Shown here piece by piece: positions 39,481-48,261 of a stretch of 64,000 bases of DNA (the first letter of the stretch is position 1; each line of letters starts with the position of its first letter). This DNA comes from a virus: the IMG/VR virus record IMGVR_UViG_3300002144_000620, positions 1 to 64,000 of that record. One strand, 5' to 3'. The notes beneath the pieces are model-generated. The model was not told the DNA's origin and searched no databases. It saw only the letters and a list, made by a program, of their open reading frames with translations. A program made the translations under genes and the position numbers.

Positions 39481-40065
39481 TCATTTAATACCTGTGGATC
39501 CAAACCCGCCATCACCTCTTTCTGAGGTTGATAACACATCTTTCTTTATAAATTTTGTTTTACCTATAGTTTGTACAGCAGAAATAACACCTTGTGCAAT
39601 TCTATCACCGTTATTAATAAAAAACCCTGAAGTCTGGTCCGTATTGTATAGAATAATACCTATCTCACCCCTATAACCAGAATCAACAGTTCCAGGGCTA
39701 TTTAGTACCATGATACCGTTTTTTAAAGCTAAACCACTTCTAGATCTAACTTGTAATTCATAACTAGAAGGGATTTCGAAATATAAACCAGTGGGTATTA
39801 AAGCTCTTTGACCAGGTTTAATCGTAATCGGTTCGTTAATAAATGCTCTAATATCAAAACCGCTATCACCATCTTTTTCATAAGATGGGTCTGGGTTATT
39901 AGATTTATTAACAAAAGAAACTTTCAATTTAACATTCATTGTTTCTGGGTCGTAATCCCAGTCACCCATTAAGTTGGTTGTTTGACCCAATAAGTCGTCT
40001 AAATCTCTTTTCATCCCGTCATTAAGGAATTCACTCATATCCATATTTTCTAAAAAATTGTTCAT
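39481..40065 (-). CDS. dut: dUTPase (trimeric)
   Basis: SGFDI, RSRSGLA, GTVDSGYRGE, GDRIAQ and RGDGGFGSTG motifs. Confidence 0.95.
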   Translation of the reverse strand: MNNFLENMDMSEFLNDGMKRDLDDLLGQTTNLMGDWDYDPETMNVKLKVSFVNKSNNPDPSYEKDGDSGFDIRAFINEPITIKPGQRALIPTGLYFEIPSSYELQVRSRSGLALKNGIMVLNSPGTVDSGYRGEIGIILYNTDQTSGFFINNGDRIAQGVISAVQTIGKTKFIKKDVLSTSERGDGGFGSTGIK

Positions 40066-40066
40066 A

Positions 40067-41290
40067 TCAAATTAATGTTTTGTATATTTCAGCTCTAACT
40101 TTTGTTACGTTATTAATATCGTAACGATCTTTAACAGTTTCATATAATTTTTCACCTAAATCAATAACTAAATTAGGGTTATCGATTAAACGCTTTGCCT
40201 GTTGACTCCATTGTTTATGGTTTTTAGTTGTTTCTACTAGTAATGAGTTACCATCACTATTTGATGTGCCACCCTTGTTAATAGCCGATATAAGATCAAT
40301 AGTATAAGGTCCGTAATTTTGTGCAATGATAGCCTTTTTATGGAAACCAGCCTCAATAACTTTTAACTGAGATTTATATTTGTTGAATGGGCTATCATTT
40401 AGCGGTATTAGTGCTATATCGAATTCGTTATAACCTTTAGCGTAGTTATCAATATTTTTAGTCCAAATTCTTCTATAAGGCATATCTTTATCATTATAGT
40501 TTATTTCTGGATCAAATTTTAATAAGTGTTTTAGGTACTCTGACTCACCTTCTAATAATCTAAAATTATTTGTGATAAAAACCTCGTACATAAACCAGGT
40601 GGTCTCAAGTGGTTGCATTTGTCTCTCCATCCACTGATTGGTTTCTTTGTTAAAAGTCCTAACCGTACCTCTAGTATCAAAACCACACAAAACAAACTGA
40701 ATATCATTTTTGTTACCACTTGTTGTTTGTGGTATACCTTTAAGTAATTCAATATCTTTTATATGAGATGAACCGCCAAGCCACCCGAATCTAAGTCTAT
40801 CTGATTCAGTTGGATTTGGTTTAAATTGTTGTTCATTTGGGTTTATTGCGTTTGGTAAAACAATGCAATTCTTATTATGTTTTAAAACTTCTTTTTGTAA
40901 TATATCAGTAGTTACAGTAACTAGGTCAGATTTTTTAACTAGGTTAACTATAGTACCAGCATAATTATTTTGTTTAGCTTGGTGGTATAAACCGTGTGAT
41001 GGGTCTAAGTTCCAATGATCATCTAAATCTAGTATAATTTTACCACCAAATGATTTTATTTTTTTAAAAATTTCTTCACTCTGAGCATAATTAGCCCCAG
41101 GGACTCTATGAAAGAAGAATAAATGGAATTTTTTTAAATAGTTATCATCATTAAAGTCTATATTTTGGTTTATCTCAACAAAAAAATCTTCATTGTGATT
41201 ATTTTGAAGCGTTACGTGTGGGTCTATACATCTGTATTTGCCAGATCCAGCACGATCGTTTGGGTTTACTAGGATATTTATCTTACTCAT
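40067..41290 (-). CDS. GT4-like glycosyltransferase
   Basis: YRCIDPH, DLDD, LPNAI, GWLGGSSH and DIALIPL...FNKYKSQLKVIEAG motifs. Confidence 0.8.
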   Translation of the reverse strand: MSKINILVNPNDRAGSGKYRCIDPHVTLQNNHNEDFFVEINQNIDFNDDNYLKKFHLFFFHRVPGANYAQSEEIFKKIKSFGGKIILDLDDHWNLDPSHGLYHQAKQNNYAGTIVNLVKKSDLVTVTTDILQKEVLKHNKNCIVLPNAINPNEQQFKPNPTESDRLRFGWLGGSSHIKDIELLKGIPQTTSGNKNDIQFVLCGFDTRGTVRTFNKETNQWMERQMQPLETTWFMYEVFITNNFRLLEGESEYLKHLLKFDPEINYNDKDMPYRRIWTKNIDNYAKGYNEFDIALIPLNDSPFNKYKSQLKVIEAGFHKKAIIAQNYGPYTIDLISAINKGGTSNSDGNSLLVETTKNHKQWSQQAKRLIDNPNLVIDLGEKLYETVKDRYDINNVTKVRAEIYKTLI

Positions 41291-41349
41291 TAGTTACTAT
41301 TTGTATAATAATAACGAATTTAAATTAAAAATCAAAGGTTATTGTTAAT

Positions 41350-42096
41350 TTATTTGGGTGTTACAACTCCTCGTCTACTTACAACATCAGCTGATTTTTT
41401 GTTAGCGTCCATTATGGATAAACCTATATTGCCAGTAATGTAATAAGCTGATATAAATGCCGCTGTAAATGTATCCCCAGCACCACTGACATCAATTGTC
41501 TCTTGTGGATTTGGTGATGGATAATGGTTATTTTTATAACTAGCACCATTTTGACCTAGAGTTACGATGATGCCTTCATGATTTAAACTATCGTTATTCA
41601 TGAACTCATTTTCGTTTAGTTTAATAAAACTAAAATCTTTAATAATTTCATCCGTTAATTTTCTTTTACTATCTAATATAGATAACTTTGAATTACTAGA
41701 TATTTTTTTTAAATCAATGTCCGATAAAAAACCTTTGTTGTAATCACTTACAATAACAATATCCGAATCATTTATTACTTTATTGATATTATTATCATAT
41801 TTAAAAGGGGTTATAGATCTTTCACCATCATCAACACGTAAAAACATGTGATTAGATTTAGATTCAACATATCTAGTTTTTGTTATATTTTCTATCTGAG
41901 TAATTGTAGATACGTTTGATTCGTGTAGTATTACTCTGATATTAGCCTCTGTATTACCAGCCATACCGTTATTTTCGATTATTTTAATAGGGTTCAGAAC
42001 TGGAACTGGTGCTTCTGGTGATAATCTGTTTACATCGCAATAGATAAATCTATCTATACAAGTTTCACCAATAACTAAGACGTTAACGTTATTCAT
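41350..42096 (-). CDS. PfkB-family kinase, HldE/RfaE heptose-7-phosphate kinase-like
   Basis: RLSPEAPVPV, TKTR, SDYNKG and DVSGAGDTF motifs characteristic of the HldE kinase domain. Confidence 0.82.
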   Translation of the reverse strand: MNNVNVLVIGETCIDRFIYCDVNRLSPEAPVPVLNPIKIIENNGMAGNTEANIRVILHESNVSTITQIENITKTRYVESKSNHMFLRVDDGERSITPFKYDNNINKVINDSDIVIVSDYNKGFLSDIDLKKISSNSKLSILDSKRKLTDEIIKDFSFIKLNENEFMNNDSLNHEGIIVTLGQNGASYKNNHYPSPNPQETIDVSGAGDTFTAAFISAYYITGNIGLSIMDANKKSADVVSRRGVVTPK

Positions 42097-42100
42097 AATT

Positions 42101-42132
42101 CAAAAATAGTAAAAAAAAAGGGGGATATCAAA
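42101..42132 (-). promoter_or_regulatory. Bacteroidota-type promoter overlapping a terminator
   Basis: TTTG-N20-TATTTTTG on the minus strand. Confidence 0.5.
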
Positions 42133-42138
42133 TCCCCC
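42111..42138 (-). terminator. Intrinsic terminator
   Basis: Minus strand gggggatttgatatccccc followed by a T run. Confidence 0.7.
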
Positions 42139-42161
42139 AATAATTTTTTTAAAAATAAAAA

Positions 42162-42347
42162 TTATTTTTCTTTGACAACTAAATTGTCAAATTTACCTGA
42201 TTTAGCAGCTTCAACAAAATCTGAAAACTGGTTTTTAGTCCAGGTAGTTATACCTTCAGGACCTTCTTTATCACCTAAAACAATAGAGTTTTCTTGCACT
42301 TCTATTACTGGGCAACATTTGTTTTTACAAAATTTAATTACATTCAT
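42162..42347 (-). CDS. DUF397-like small protein
   Basis: C.VIEV....IVLGDK..P.G...WT..QF..FV.AAKSGKFD resembles the DUF397 pattern. Confidence 0.45.
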   Translation of the reverse strand: MNVIKFCKNKCCPVIEVQENSIVLGDKEGPEGITTWTKNQFSDFVEAAKSGKFDNLVVKEK

Positions 42348-42352
42348 TGTTA

Positions 42353-42529
42353 TTAAATTTCTTCTGATTTCGTTTTAGAGACAATAGACCATATAATACC
42401 AATAGCTGTCATAGCAGCACCAGTTAATTCTACCATAGCGGCATCAGTTGTTAAACCTTTAGCTACAATAACACCACCAACAAAAGTTAGTATGTGTCTT
42501 ACGATTCCAATTACTTGTTCTTTCTTCAT
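42353..42529 (-). CDS. Putative small holin, 58 aa with two TM segments (not in ORF track)
   Basis: MKKEQVIGIVRHILTFVGGVIVAKG...AAMTAIGIIWSIVSK; the RH.LT..GG..V..G and WS motifs resemble Pam3-gp28-type putative holins. Confidence 0.6.
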   Translation of the reverse strand: MKKEQVIGIVRHILTFVGGVIVAKGLTTDAAMVELTGAAMTAIGIIWSIVSKTKSEEI

Positions 42530-42547
42530 TTTTTTAATTAATTAATT

Positions 42548-43132
42548 TTATTTTTTATTATGTTCTTTTAGTGTCATTAATTTTCCACCAAAAATCTTAT
42601 CACCTATTTTAATCTGTATAGTTTCGTCAATAGACGATTTTTTACTAACTTGTTCCAATGTTTCCTCCACAGTTTTTTTAATTATATATTCAATTAATTT
42701 AGTATCCATTGCTGGTACCGAAGTTTCGTTAATAACCACTCTTTGTTGATCTGTGTGTAAAACATTTTCCTGAACTTGTTTTAATTCTGGTTGCGCAGCC
42801 TTTACTTTAGCTATTACACTATCTAAACCAACTGGCATTGTTGGGTCAACGATAGGGTTGCTAATGAAAGATTCTAATATTTCTTTGGGCATTTTAGATG
42901 AAGATAAATTTCTCATCGTATTTTTTTGTCCAGTATTTTTACTTTCGACTCTGGATCTCATTTCAGATTCGGAAATATACTCTGGTTCCTTTTCACTATA
43001 AGGGTCGGTATTACCTAAACCGTTATTATTAGAATTACTCCCATAGGAAGTATTTCCTTCTACTTTTTGCATTACTTTTCTAGCGTTAGCAATTCCTTGT
43101 GCTAATCTCTCTGCTTTATCTTGATTATCCAT
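42548..43132 (-). CDS. Hypothetical protein
   Basis: 194-aa ORF with several I/V-X-E motifs. Confidence 0.6.
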   Translation of the reverse strand: MDNQDKAERLAQGIANARKVMQKVEGNTSYGSNSNNNGLGNTDPYSEKEPEYISESEMRSRVESKNTGQKNTMRNLSSSKMPKEILESFISNPIVDPTMPVGLDSVIAKVKAAQPELKQVQENVLHTDQQRVVINETSVPAMDTKLIEYIIKKTVEETLEQVSKKSSIDETIQIKIGDKIFGGKLMTLKEHNKK

Positions 43133-43673
43133 ATGTGTTATATATCCATTTTAAAAATCCAGAGCTATATGATTCATTGATTGTTGTTTCAAGATTTTCA
43201 TTATCCTCTGTTTCATTATCTATTTTAGGTTCTTTATCATTAGGGGTTGTTGTTCCAGCTTCTTTATTTACATCGGTGTAATATATAGCTTTATCGTTAT
43301 CCATCTTTTTATCAGAACCATCTGTTTTATAATCGTTTTTAGGTACGAATGTTTTGTATTCTCTTCCTGTTGAGTCATATAAAACTTCTATACTACCATC
43401 TTTTATTTCATCAACAATGAAAGTTTTCCACTTTTGGTTTTTAGTATTTGTAACACCAGTTGTTTGGTATCCTCTAAGCATCCATTTACCAGTACCTTTA
43501 CTTTTACCTAAAGCGACTGGTTGTACACGTCTATAGTTTTGTTTCGTGTATCTTTTTTCAGCTGGGTCACTAACTTTAATACCTCGATACCAGAATGTGA
43601 TCTCATATTTATTTTCGATCGCATCTTTAATCTTACTTAGTTTATCATCACCTTCATTTTCAATTATAAGCAT
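43125..43673 (-). CDS. Stand-alone WYL-domain-like protein
   Basis: IKDAIENKYEITFWY...RRVQPVAL...WMLRGY...WKTFIVDEI follows the WYL SH3-like pattern. Confidence 0.6.
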   Translation of the reverse strand: MLIIENEGDDKLSKIKDAIENKYEITFWYRGIKVSDPAEKRYTKQNYRRVQPVALGKSKGTGKWMLRGYQTTGVTNTKNQKWKTFIVDEIKDGSIEVLYDSTGREYKTFVPKNDYKTDGSDKKMDNDKAIYYTDVNKEAGTTTPNDKEPKIDNETEDNENLETTINESYSSGFLKWIYNTYG

Positions 43674-43685
43674 AAAATAAAAAAA

Positions 43686-43967
43686 TTAAACCACAGATGA
43701 GTCTGGATACGTATGTGAATCTTTATAGTTGTTAACAGCGAGTAATTTAGATCTTTCTGCGATGTCGGTATCGTTACCGACAGTACCTTTACCCAAATCA
43801 CCTTTACCTTTAGTGTCACCATCACTAACAGCGTTTGGATTCGTAGCGCCATACTCAAATGAGTTTGGTTTATATTCGTTAACGGGGATTAATTTACCAT
43901 CCCTTTCGTCATTAGCAACTTGTCTAAGTTGTTCTGAAGCAGGTATTTTTAAAATGTTATTAGCCAT
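43686..43967 (-). CDS. Hypothetical protein
   Basis: 93-aa ORF with an internal duplication (R.KL..VN.YK...Y occurs twice). Confidence 0.55.
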   Translation of the reverse strand: MANNILKIPASEQLRQVANDERDGKLIPVNEYKPNSFEYGATNPNAVSDGDTKGKGDLGKGTVGNDTDIAERSKLLAVNNYKDSHTYPDSSVV

Positions 43968-43972
43968 AATTA

Positions 43973-44488
43973 TTAAATTTTATTCATTAAATTTTTTATT
44001 TTATTTATATTTTCTAATAAAGCACTATTTGTCATTAAGTCAGGTGTATCCATGATTCTATCACCTAAACTAGTATCAAAATCATCATCTTTATTATCTT
44101 GTCTAAATTGTTTGTCCATACCAGCATTTGTTCTGGCCACTTTCTCACCTTTAACACGCTCTCTTTCACTTTTTATTAAACCTTGTACCCATTTATCCAT
44201 AATCTCACCACCATTTAAGTTGTACTCAATTGGGTCAACCTCATCAATATTTAAATTATCAAAATAATGTTTTATCATCACCAGATTAACGAATGGTTGG
44301 TTTGGATTGTTAACTAGATGGTTAGCTCTTTTGTAACCTTTAATTGTTTTGTGGTCAGAATATTTAGATAAAGCTTCCTTAAGAAATTCAATCACTTCGT
44401 TAGGTAAGTCGTAAAACTCATTATCTAATTTAGAATTCCTTTCCTGTAAAGCAACCTTTAGTTTAAATATATCACACAATTTATCCAT
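43973..44488 (-). CDS. Hypothetical protein
   Basis: 171-aa ORF ending LLENINKIKNLMNKI. Confidence 0.6.
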   Translation of the reverse strand: MDKLCDIFKLKVALQERNSKLDNEFYDLPNEVIEFLKEALSKYSDHKTIKGYKRANHLVNNPNQPFVNLVMIKHYFDNLNIDEVDPIEYNLNGGEIMDKWVQGLIKSERERVKGEKVARTNAGMDKQFRQDNKDDDFDTSLGDRIMDTPDLMTNSALLENINKIKNLMNKI

Positions 44489-45047
44489 TATTTAAAGATT
44501 TTTTAAAATAGTCTAATAGAACGTTCTTTTCAGATTCATTCATGTTTTGGTTAAAAAATTCAATCATTTGGTCAAATTTACCTAAGATTAAGTTTTCTTT
44601 ATCTCTAATCTCTTCTATGGTAACAGGCATATTTCTAGATATTATACTACTGTCATTTGTTTTAGACATCAAATCCTCTAACATTTTAAAAGCTTTTTCT
44701 TTAGCGGCTTTTTTAAGCGTGTCTTTAGGATTAGCTGGTTTAACTTCTTTCTTAGCTTTTACTTCAATAAAGTAATCCTCAAAAGTATTTTCCAAACCTT
44801 TTTCATATAAGAAATTATAAAATTTTCCTGGTGTATCTTTGTGTTTGTCAGCTACCTCGTTAAAAGGTAATGTTGACTCACCGTAGTATCTTCTGTAATT
44901 TTGAAATACGAAAGGTTGTCTTGTCATTAAAATAGTCGCATCAGTTGTTTTACGTGAAGTGTTTTTGTGATCAAAATTTTTAAGATCACCACTTATCATG
45001 GTACCATCTGAATTGATAAATTCTTTAATTTCTTTATTATTTTCCAT
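44481..45047 (-). CDS. Hypothetical protein
   Basis: 188-aa ORF with a late motif upstream. Confidence 0.6.
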   Translation of the reverse strand: MENNKEIKEFINSDGTMISGDLKNFDHKNTSRKTTDATILMTRQPFVFQNYRRYYGESTLPFNEVADKHKDTPGKFYNFLYEKGLENTFEDYFIEVKAKKEVKPANPKDTLKKAAKEKAFKMLEDLMSKTNDSSIISRNMPVTIEEIRDKENLILGKFDQMIEFFNQNMNESEKNVLLDYFKKSLNNG

Positions 45048-45091
45048 TAGATATTTCTATATAAATATCCTTAACTTAGGTAATATTTCAA

Positions 45092-48000
45092 TTAAACTGG
45101 AATTTCTTCATTGAACCCAGGTATTTTAAACACAATATTATCATCAAACCAATAATCTGGGTTATATGACATTTTAGCCCAGAATTCTTTTTCCATAGGG
45201 GATGGTGTGTAGAACTCTATTAAAGTATCTTGATCACCTATATCATTTGGTTGGTTATTAACTAAATTCAATTCTGATTTAAGATACATTTTCTTATCTT
45301 CTGGCTTTGTAATTAATATACCATCTCTAATATCAATTGGGTAAGACACTAATAAAGGTCTAATTTTTTTATTAAACGCATCTAAGTATTTCGGTACATT
45401 ATATTCACCTATGTAGTCTGGTTGATTTTCAATTATATCCATAGGTACTAGAGACGCATACATGTTTCCGTTTTTATCCTCCTGAGCATCACCATGTGAT
45501 TTTGTTTTACCGTTATTAACGTAATATATTGTATCACCTAAATTAATATTTAAATTATTTAAAACAGCTAATTCCATATGAGCTTGTTTTGGTAATTGTC
45601 TACCATTTTTATCAACACCCCTATTTTTATAATCACTGATACCCTTTTTAACTCTGGATTTAGTTGCTATTTTAGCTAAAGGTATTTCTTTATTATATAT
45701 CTTTTCAGCGTATTCATGGTAGTATTTAACGAAATCATAACCTTTACCCTCTAATAACATCTTTATCCCTTTATTAAGAAATTCTTCGATATATAAAGGT
45801 AATTTTTTTGACTTAATACTGTTACCAGTCAAACTAATATTACCATCGTATTCGAGTAGTGCGTAATTTTTTCTAGATAAATTAATTGTGGATGGCCATA
45901 CACCATCTAAACCTAACCCCATCTCGTTTCGCATATATAGGTCGTTAAATTCAGCCACCACAGCTTCTACACCAGTATATATCTTACCAGCTGTAACTTC
46001 ATCATTTAAACCTTTACCAACATATGTAAATGGTTCACCATCTTCTGGTGCTGTAAAGTTAACACCGTCAGTATCTAATACTGATGGTTCGTAACCTTTC
46101 TTTATAAAGAAATTAACCAGTAGTCTAAGATATTGTCTAGCTGTACACGTTATTTGTTCACTAACATCTATCTCAGCCCATTGAAACGCCATGGGGGCAC
46201 CAAGGGCACCAAACATTGAGTTAATAAATATCTTAAGCGGTAACTGTTTACGCTTATATTTATCGGCTAACTGATAATTCCCATCTTTTTTGTATTTACT
46301 AGCTAAGTTTTTAGCGTTAAATCGTTCGGTATGGAAGTATTTTAACATCGACTTCATAGCCCCATTTATATCGGCAGTGGGAAAAATATCATGCGCTAAT
46401 TGAATTGCTGGATAAAGTGAGTTGTAATCCATCTTTCTTAATTCCTCTGAATAACCAACTTTAAATAATCTAGATAAACCACCTGTAAAATCACGTCTAC
46501 CTTCTGGTACTGGAATAGCTAAATTATTTTCAAATGAATATGCCATCATTAGTAGTTTCCATAAACCAGCTGTACCCATTGTTGATACTCTTTGATAGGT
46601 TGTTGGTACTAATTTAGCTAGTAAAAATGAAGATTGGTTATAAACTTCGTCAACTTCCATAGTTTCCCATAAGTCGTCAATAAGGTATCTTTCAACAATA
46701 TATTTGCCGTCAACCTCTTCTATTGTGTCTATGTAAGCACGTAAAGCTTTAAGTGTCTGAATTAAAAAAGCATATGTTTTTGGTGCTCTAATTTGTAATT
46801 GGGATGAATCGTTACCGATACCACTTTTAGGAAAAATAATTCTTTTACCTTTATTGATATGGTGTATTATATTTTTTATACCTTGGTTAATGATAACCTT
46901 ATTATCATCAAGTTCTAGATCATTAAAAAATGAATCGTCAGTGGTTTCTGATTTTTTCTTTGTTATAATACCGATAGCGTTTGTTTCACCACGCATTTCT
47001 TTAGATTGTTCACCGTAACCACTCATTAATACATTGTCACTATAAACAAATATATCATTAGGGTTTGACTTAACGTATTCACGGGTTATGTTGTCAATAA
47101 ATTCGATTGAAGGTTTTGTTTTAGTGAAACCACCAGTTCTGTTATTGAAATAGAACTTTTCTTCAGAATACCAAGTGTTTCCAATTTTATCACCATCGAT
47201 ATAAACACGATTACTTTTATTAATTTTGTTGTATTTACAAACATACTTAAGACCAACAGACTTCATACTAGAATCAATTGCTTGTGCACGTCTAGCAGAA
47301 TGCATTATATCGATGATGCTGTAACCAAACATATTTGTTTGTTCATAGTTCTCAACCTCATTACCTAGTTTAAGCATACCAGATTTATTGTTAATTAATT
47401 CACCAACTTTAAGTGTTATAGCTATCTTTTGTATATCTAAACCCAATATTTCACACCTCTTAAAAAAGAATGGCCAGTCGAAATTAGAGCTATTGTATCC
47501 AGCGATAATAGCGGGTTTTATATCATTAATTTTATCAAAGAATTTAATGATACCTTGTCTTTCGGATTCATCATCATCTTCTATAGGTATAATTTCTTCA
47601 ATACCTTGATTGGTGTATATACCTATCATGAATATTCTACTAACTTTAGGGTCTAAGCCAGTTGTCTCTAAATCGAATACCATTTTATGTATTTCTGAGT
47701 ATTCATCGAACCCTTTGAATAAACGTTTACCTGTATGTATTAAATATTGTTCAACAGGTGATACCATTAAGAAATGGTTATTAATATCACTTCTTTTATC
47801 GTAAATGTAGATCCCACCATCTTTAAAAAATTGTAACATTCTTTGATGACCTTGATTACAAGTAACTAAGTACTTATACCCATCAATTAATTTAGGGTGA
47901 TTACCGTTTTCTAGAGACTTTATTTCGATACCAAATTTTTCTCTAGCTGATTTTATCTTGGCATGACTATTACCGTAAAAATTAACAATTTCTTTAACCT

Positions 48001-48193
48001 TATTAAGGTTTTTTATCCACATAAAAGCTAATAGCGGTTCTTTCTCAATATATAAACCTTTTTCTGGATCTTGTTTTATCTTATGGATAAGATTTGTATC
48101 ACGATCATACTCTATATTTACTATATATTTCTCATCATCATGTCCATTCAAAAACTTCTCTATTTCGTCTAAAGGTATTTTATACTCAGCCAT
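45092..48193 (-). CDS. Family B DNA polymerase with an inserted domain
   Basis: Exo I FDLETTG, Exo II YNSSNFD, Exo III YLIDD; polymerase motifs DYNSLYP, KIFINSMFG, DTDG and RKNYA. Start set at ATG 48193 because a promoter overlaps the TTG at 48214. Confidence 0.93.
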   Translation of the reverse strand: MAEYKIPLDEIEKFLNGHDDEKYIVNIEYDRDTNLIHKIKQDPEKGLYIEKEPLLAFMWIKNLNKVKEIVNFYGNSHAKIKSAREKFGIEIKSLENGNHPKLIDGYKYLVTCNQGHQRMLQFFKDGGIYIYDKRSDINNHFLMVSPVEQYLIHTGKRLFKGFDEYSEIHKMVFDLETTGLDPKVSRIFMIGIYTNQGIEEIIPIEDDDESERQGIIKFFDKINDIKPAIIAGYNSSNFDWPFFFKRCEILGLDIQKIAITLKVGELINNKSGMLKLGNEVENYEQTNMFGYSIIDIMHSARRAQAIDSSMKSVGLKYVCKYNKINKSNRVYIDGDKIGNTWYSEEKFYFNNRTGGFTKTKPSIEFIDNITREYVKSNPNDIFVYSDNVLMSGYGEQSKEMRGETNAIGIITKKKSETTDDSFFNDLELDDNKVIINQGIKNIIHHINKGKRIIFPKSGIGNDSSQLQIRAPKTYAFLIQTLKALRAYIDTIEEVDGKYIVERYLIDDLWETMEVDEVYNQSSFLLAKLVPTTYQRVSTMGTAGLWKLLMMAYSFENNLAIPVPEGRRDFTGGLSRLFKVGYSEELRKMDYNSLYPAIQLAHDIFPTADINGAMKSMLKYFHTERFNAKNLASKYKKDGNYQLADKYKRKQLPLKIFINSMFGALGAPMAFQWAEIDVSEQITCTARQYLRLLVNFFIKKGYEPSVLDTDGVNFTAPEDGEPFTYVGKGLNDEVTAGKIYTGVEAVVAEFNDLYMRNEMGLGLDGVWPSTINLSRKNYALLEYDGNISLTGNSIKSKKLPLYIEEFLNKGIKMLLEGKGYDFVKYYHEYAEKIYNKEIPLAKIATKSRVKKGISDYKNRGVDKNGRQLPKQAHMELAVLNNLNINLGDTIYYVNNGKTKSHGDAQEDKNGNMYASLVPMDIIENQPDYIGEYNVPKYLDAFNKKIRPLLVSYPIDIRDGILITKPEDKKMYLKSELNLVNNQPNDIGDQDTLIEFYTPSPMEKEFWAKMSYNPDYWFDDNIVFKIPGFNEEIPV

Positions 48194-48211
48194 TATATTG
48201 TTTATTTTGGA

Positions 48212-48243
48212 CAAATATAGTATAAGCTTAGTTAAAAAACAAA
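48212..48243 (-). promoter_or_regulatory. Bacteroidota-type promoter for the DNA polymerase
   Basis: TTTG-N20-TATATTTG, a perfect -33/-7 consensus. Confidence 0.65.
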
Positions 48244-48261
48244 GTTGTACTGTGTTTTTTT

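Noticed and set aside
29662-42096. Host capsule/LPS locus (prophage flank or chimeric assembly)
   Set aside because: No flippase, polymerase or export genes are present, and the genes are interleaved with phage sigma, PhoH and dUTPase with similar composition.
46735-47110. Intein in the DNA polymerase
   Set aside because: No C/S start with HN-C/S/T end and no LAGLIDADG motifs; treated as a domain insertion instead.
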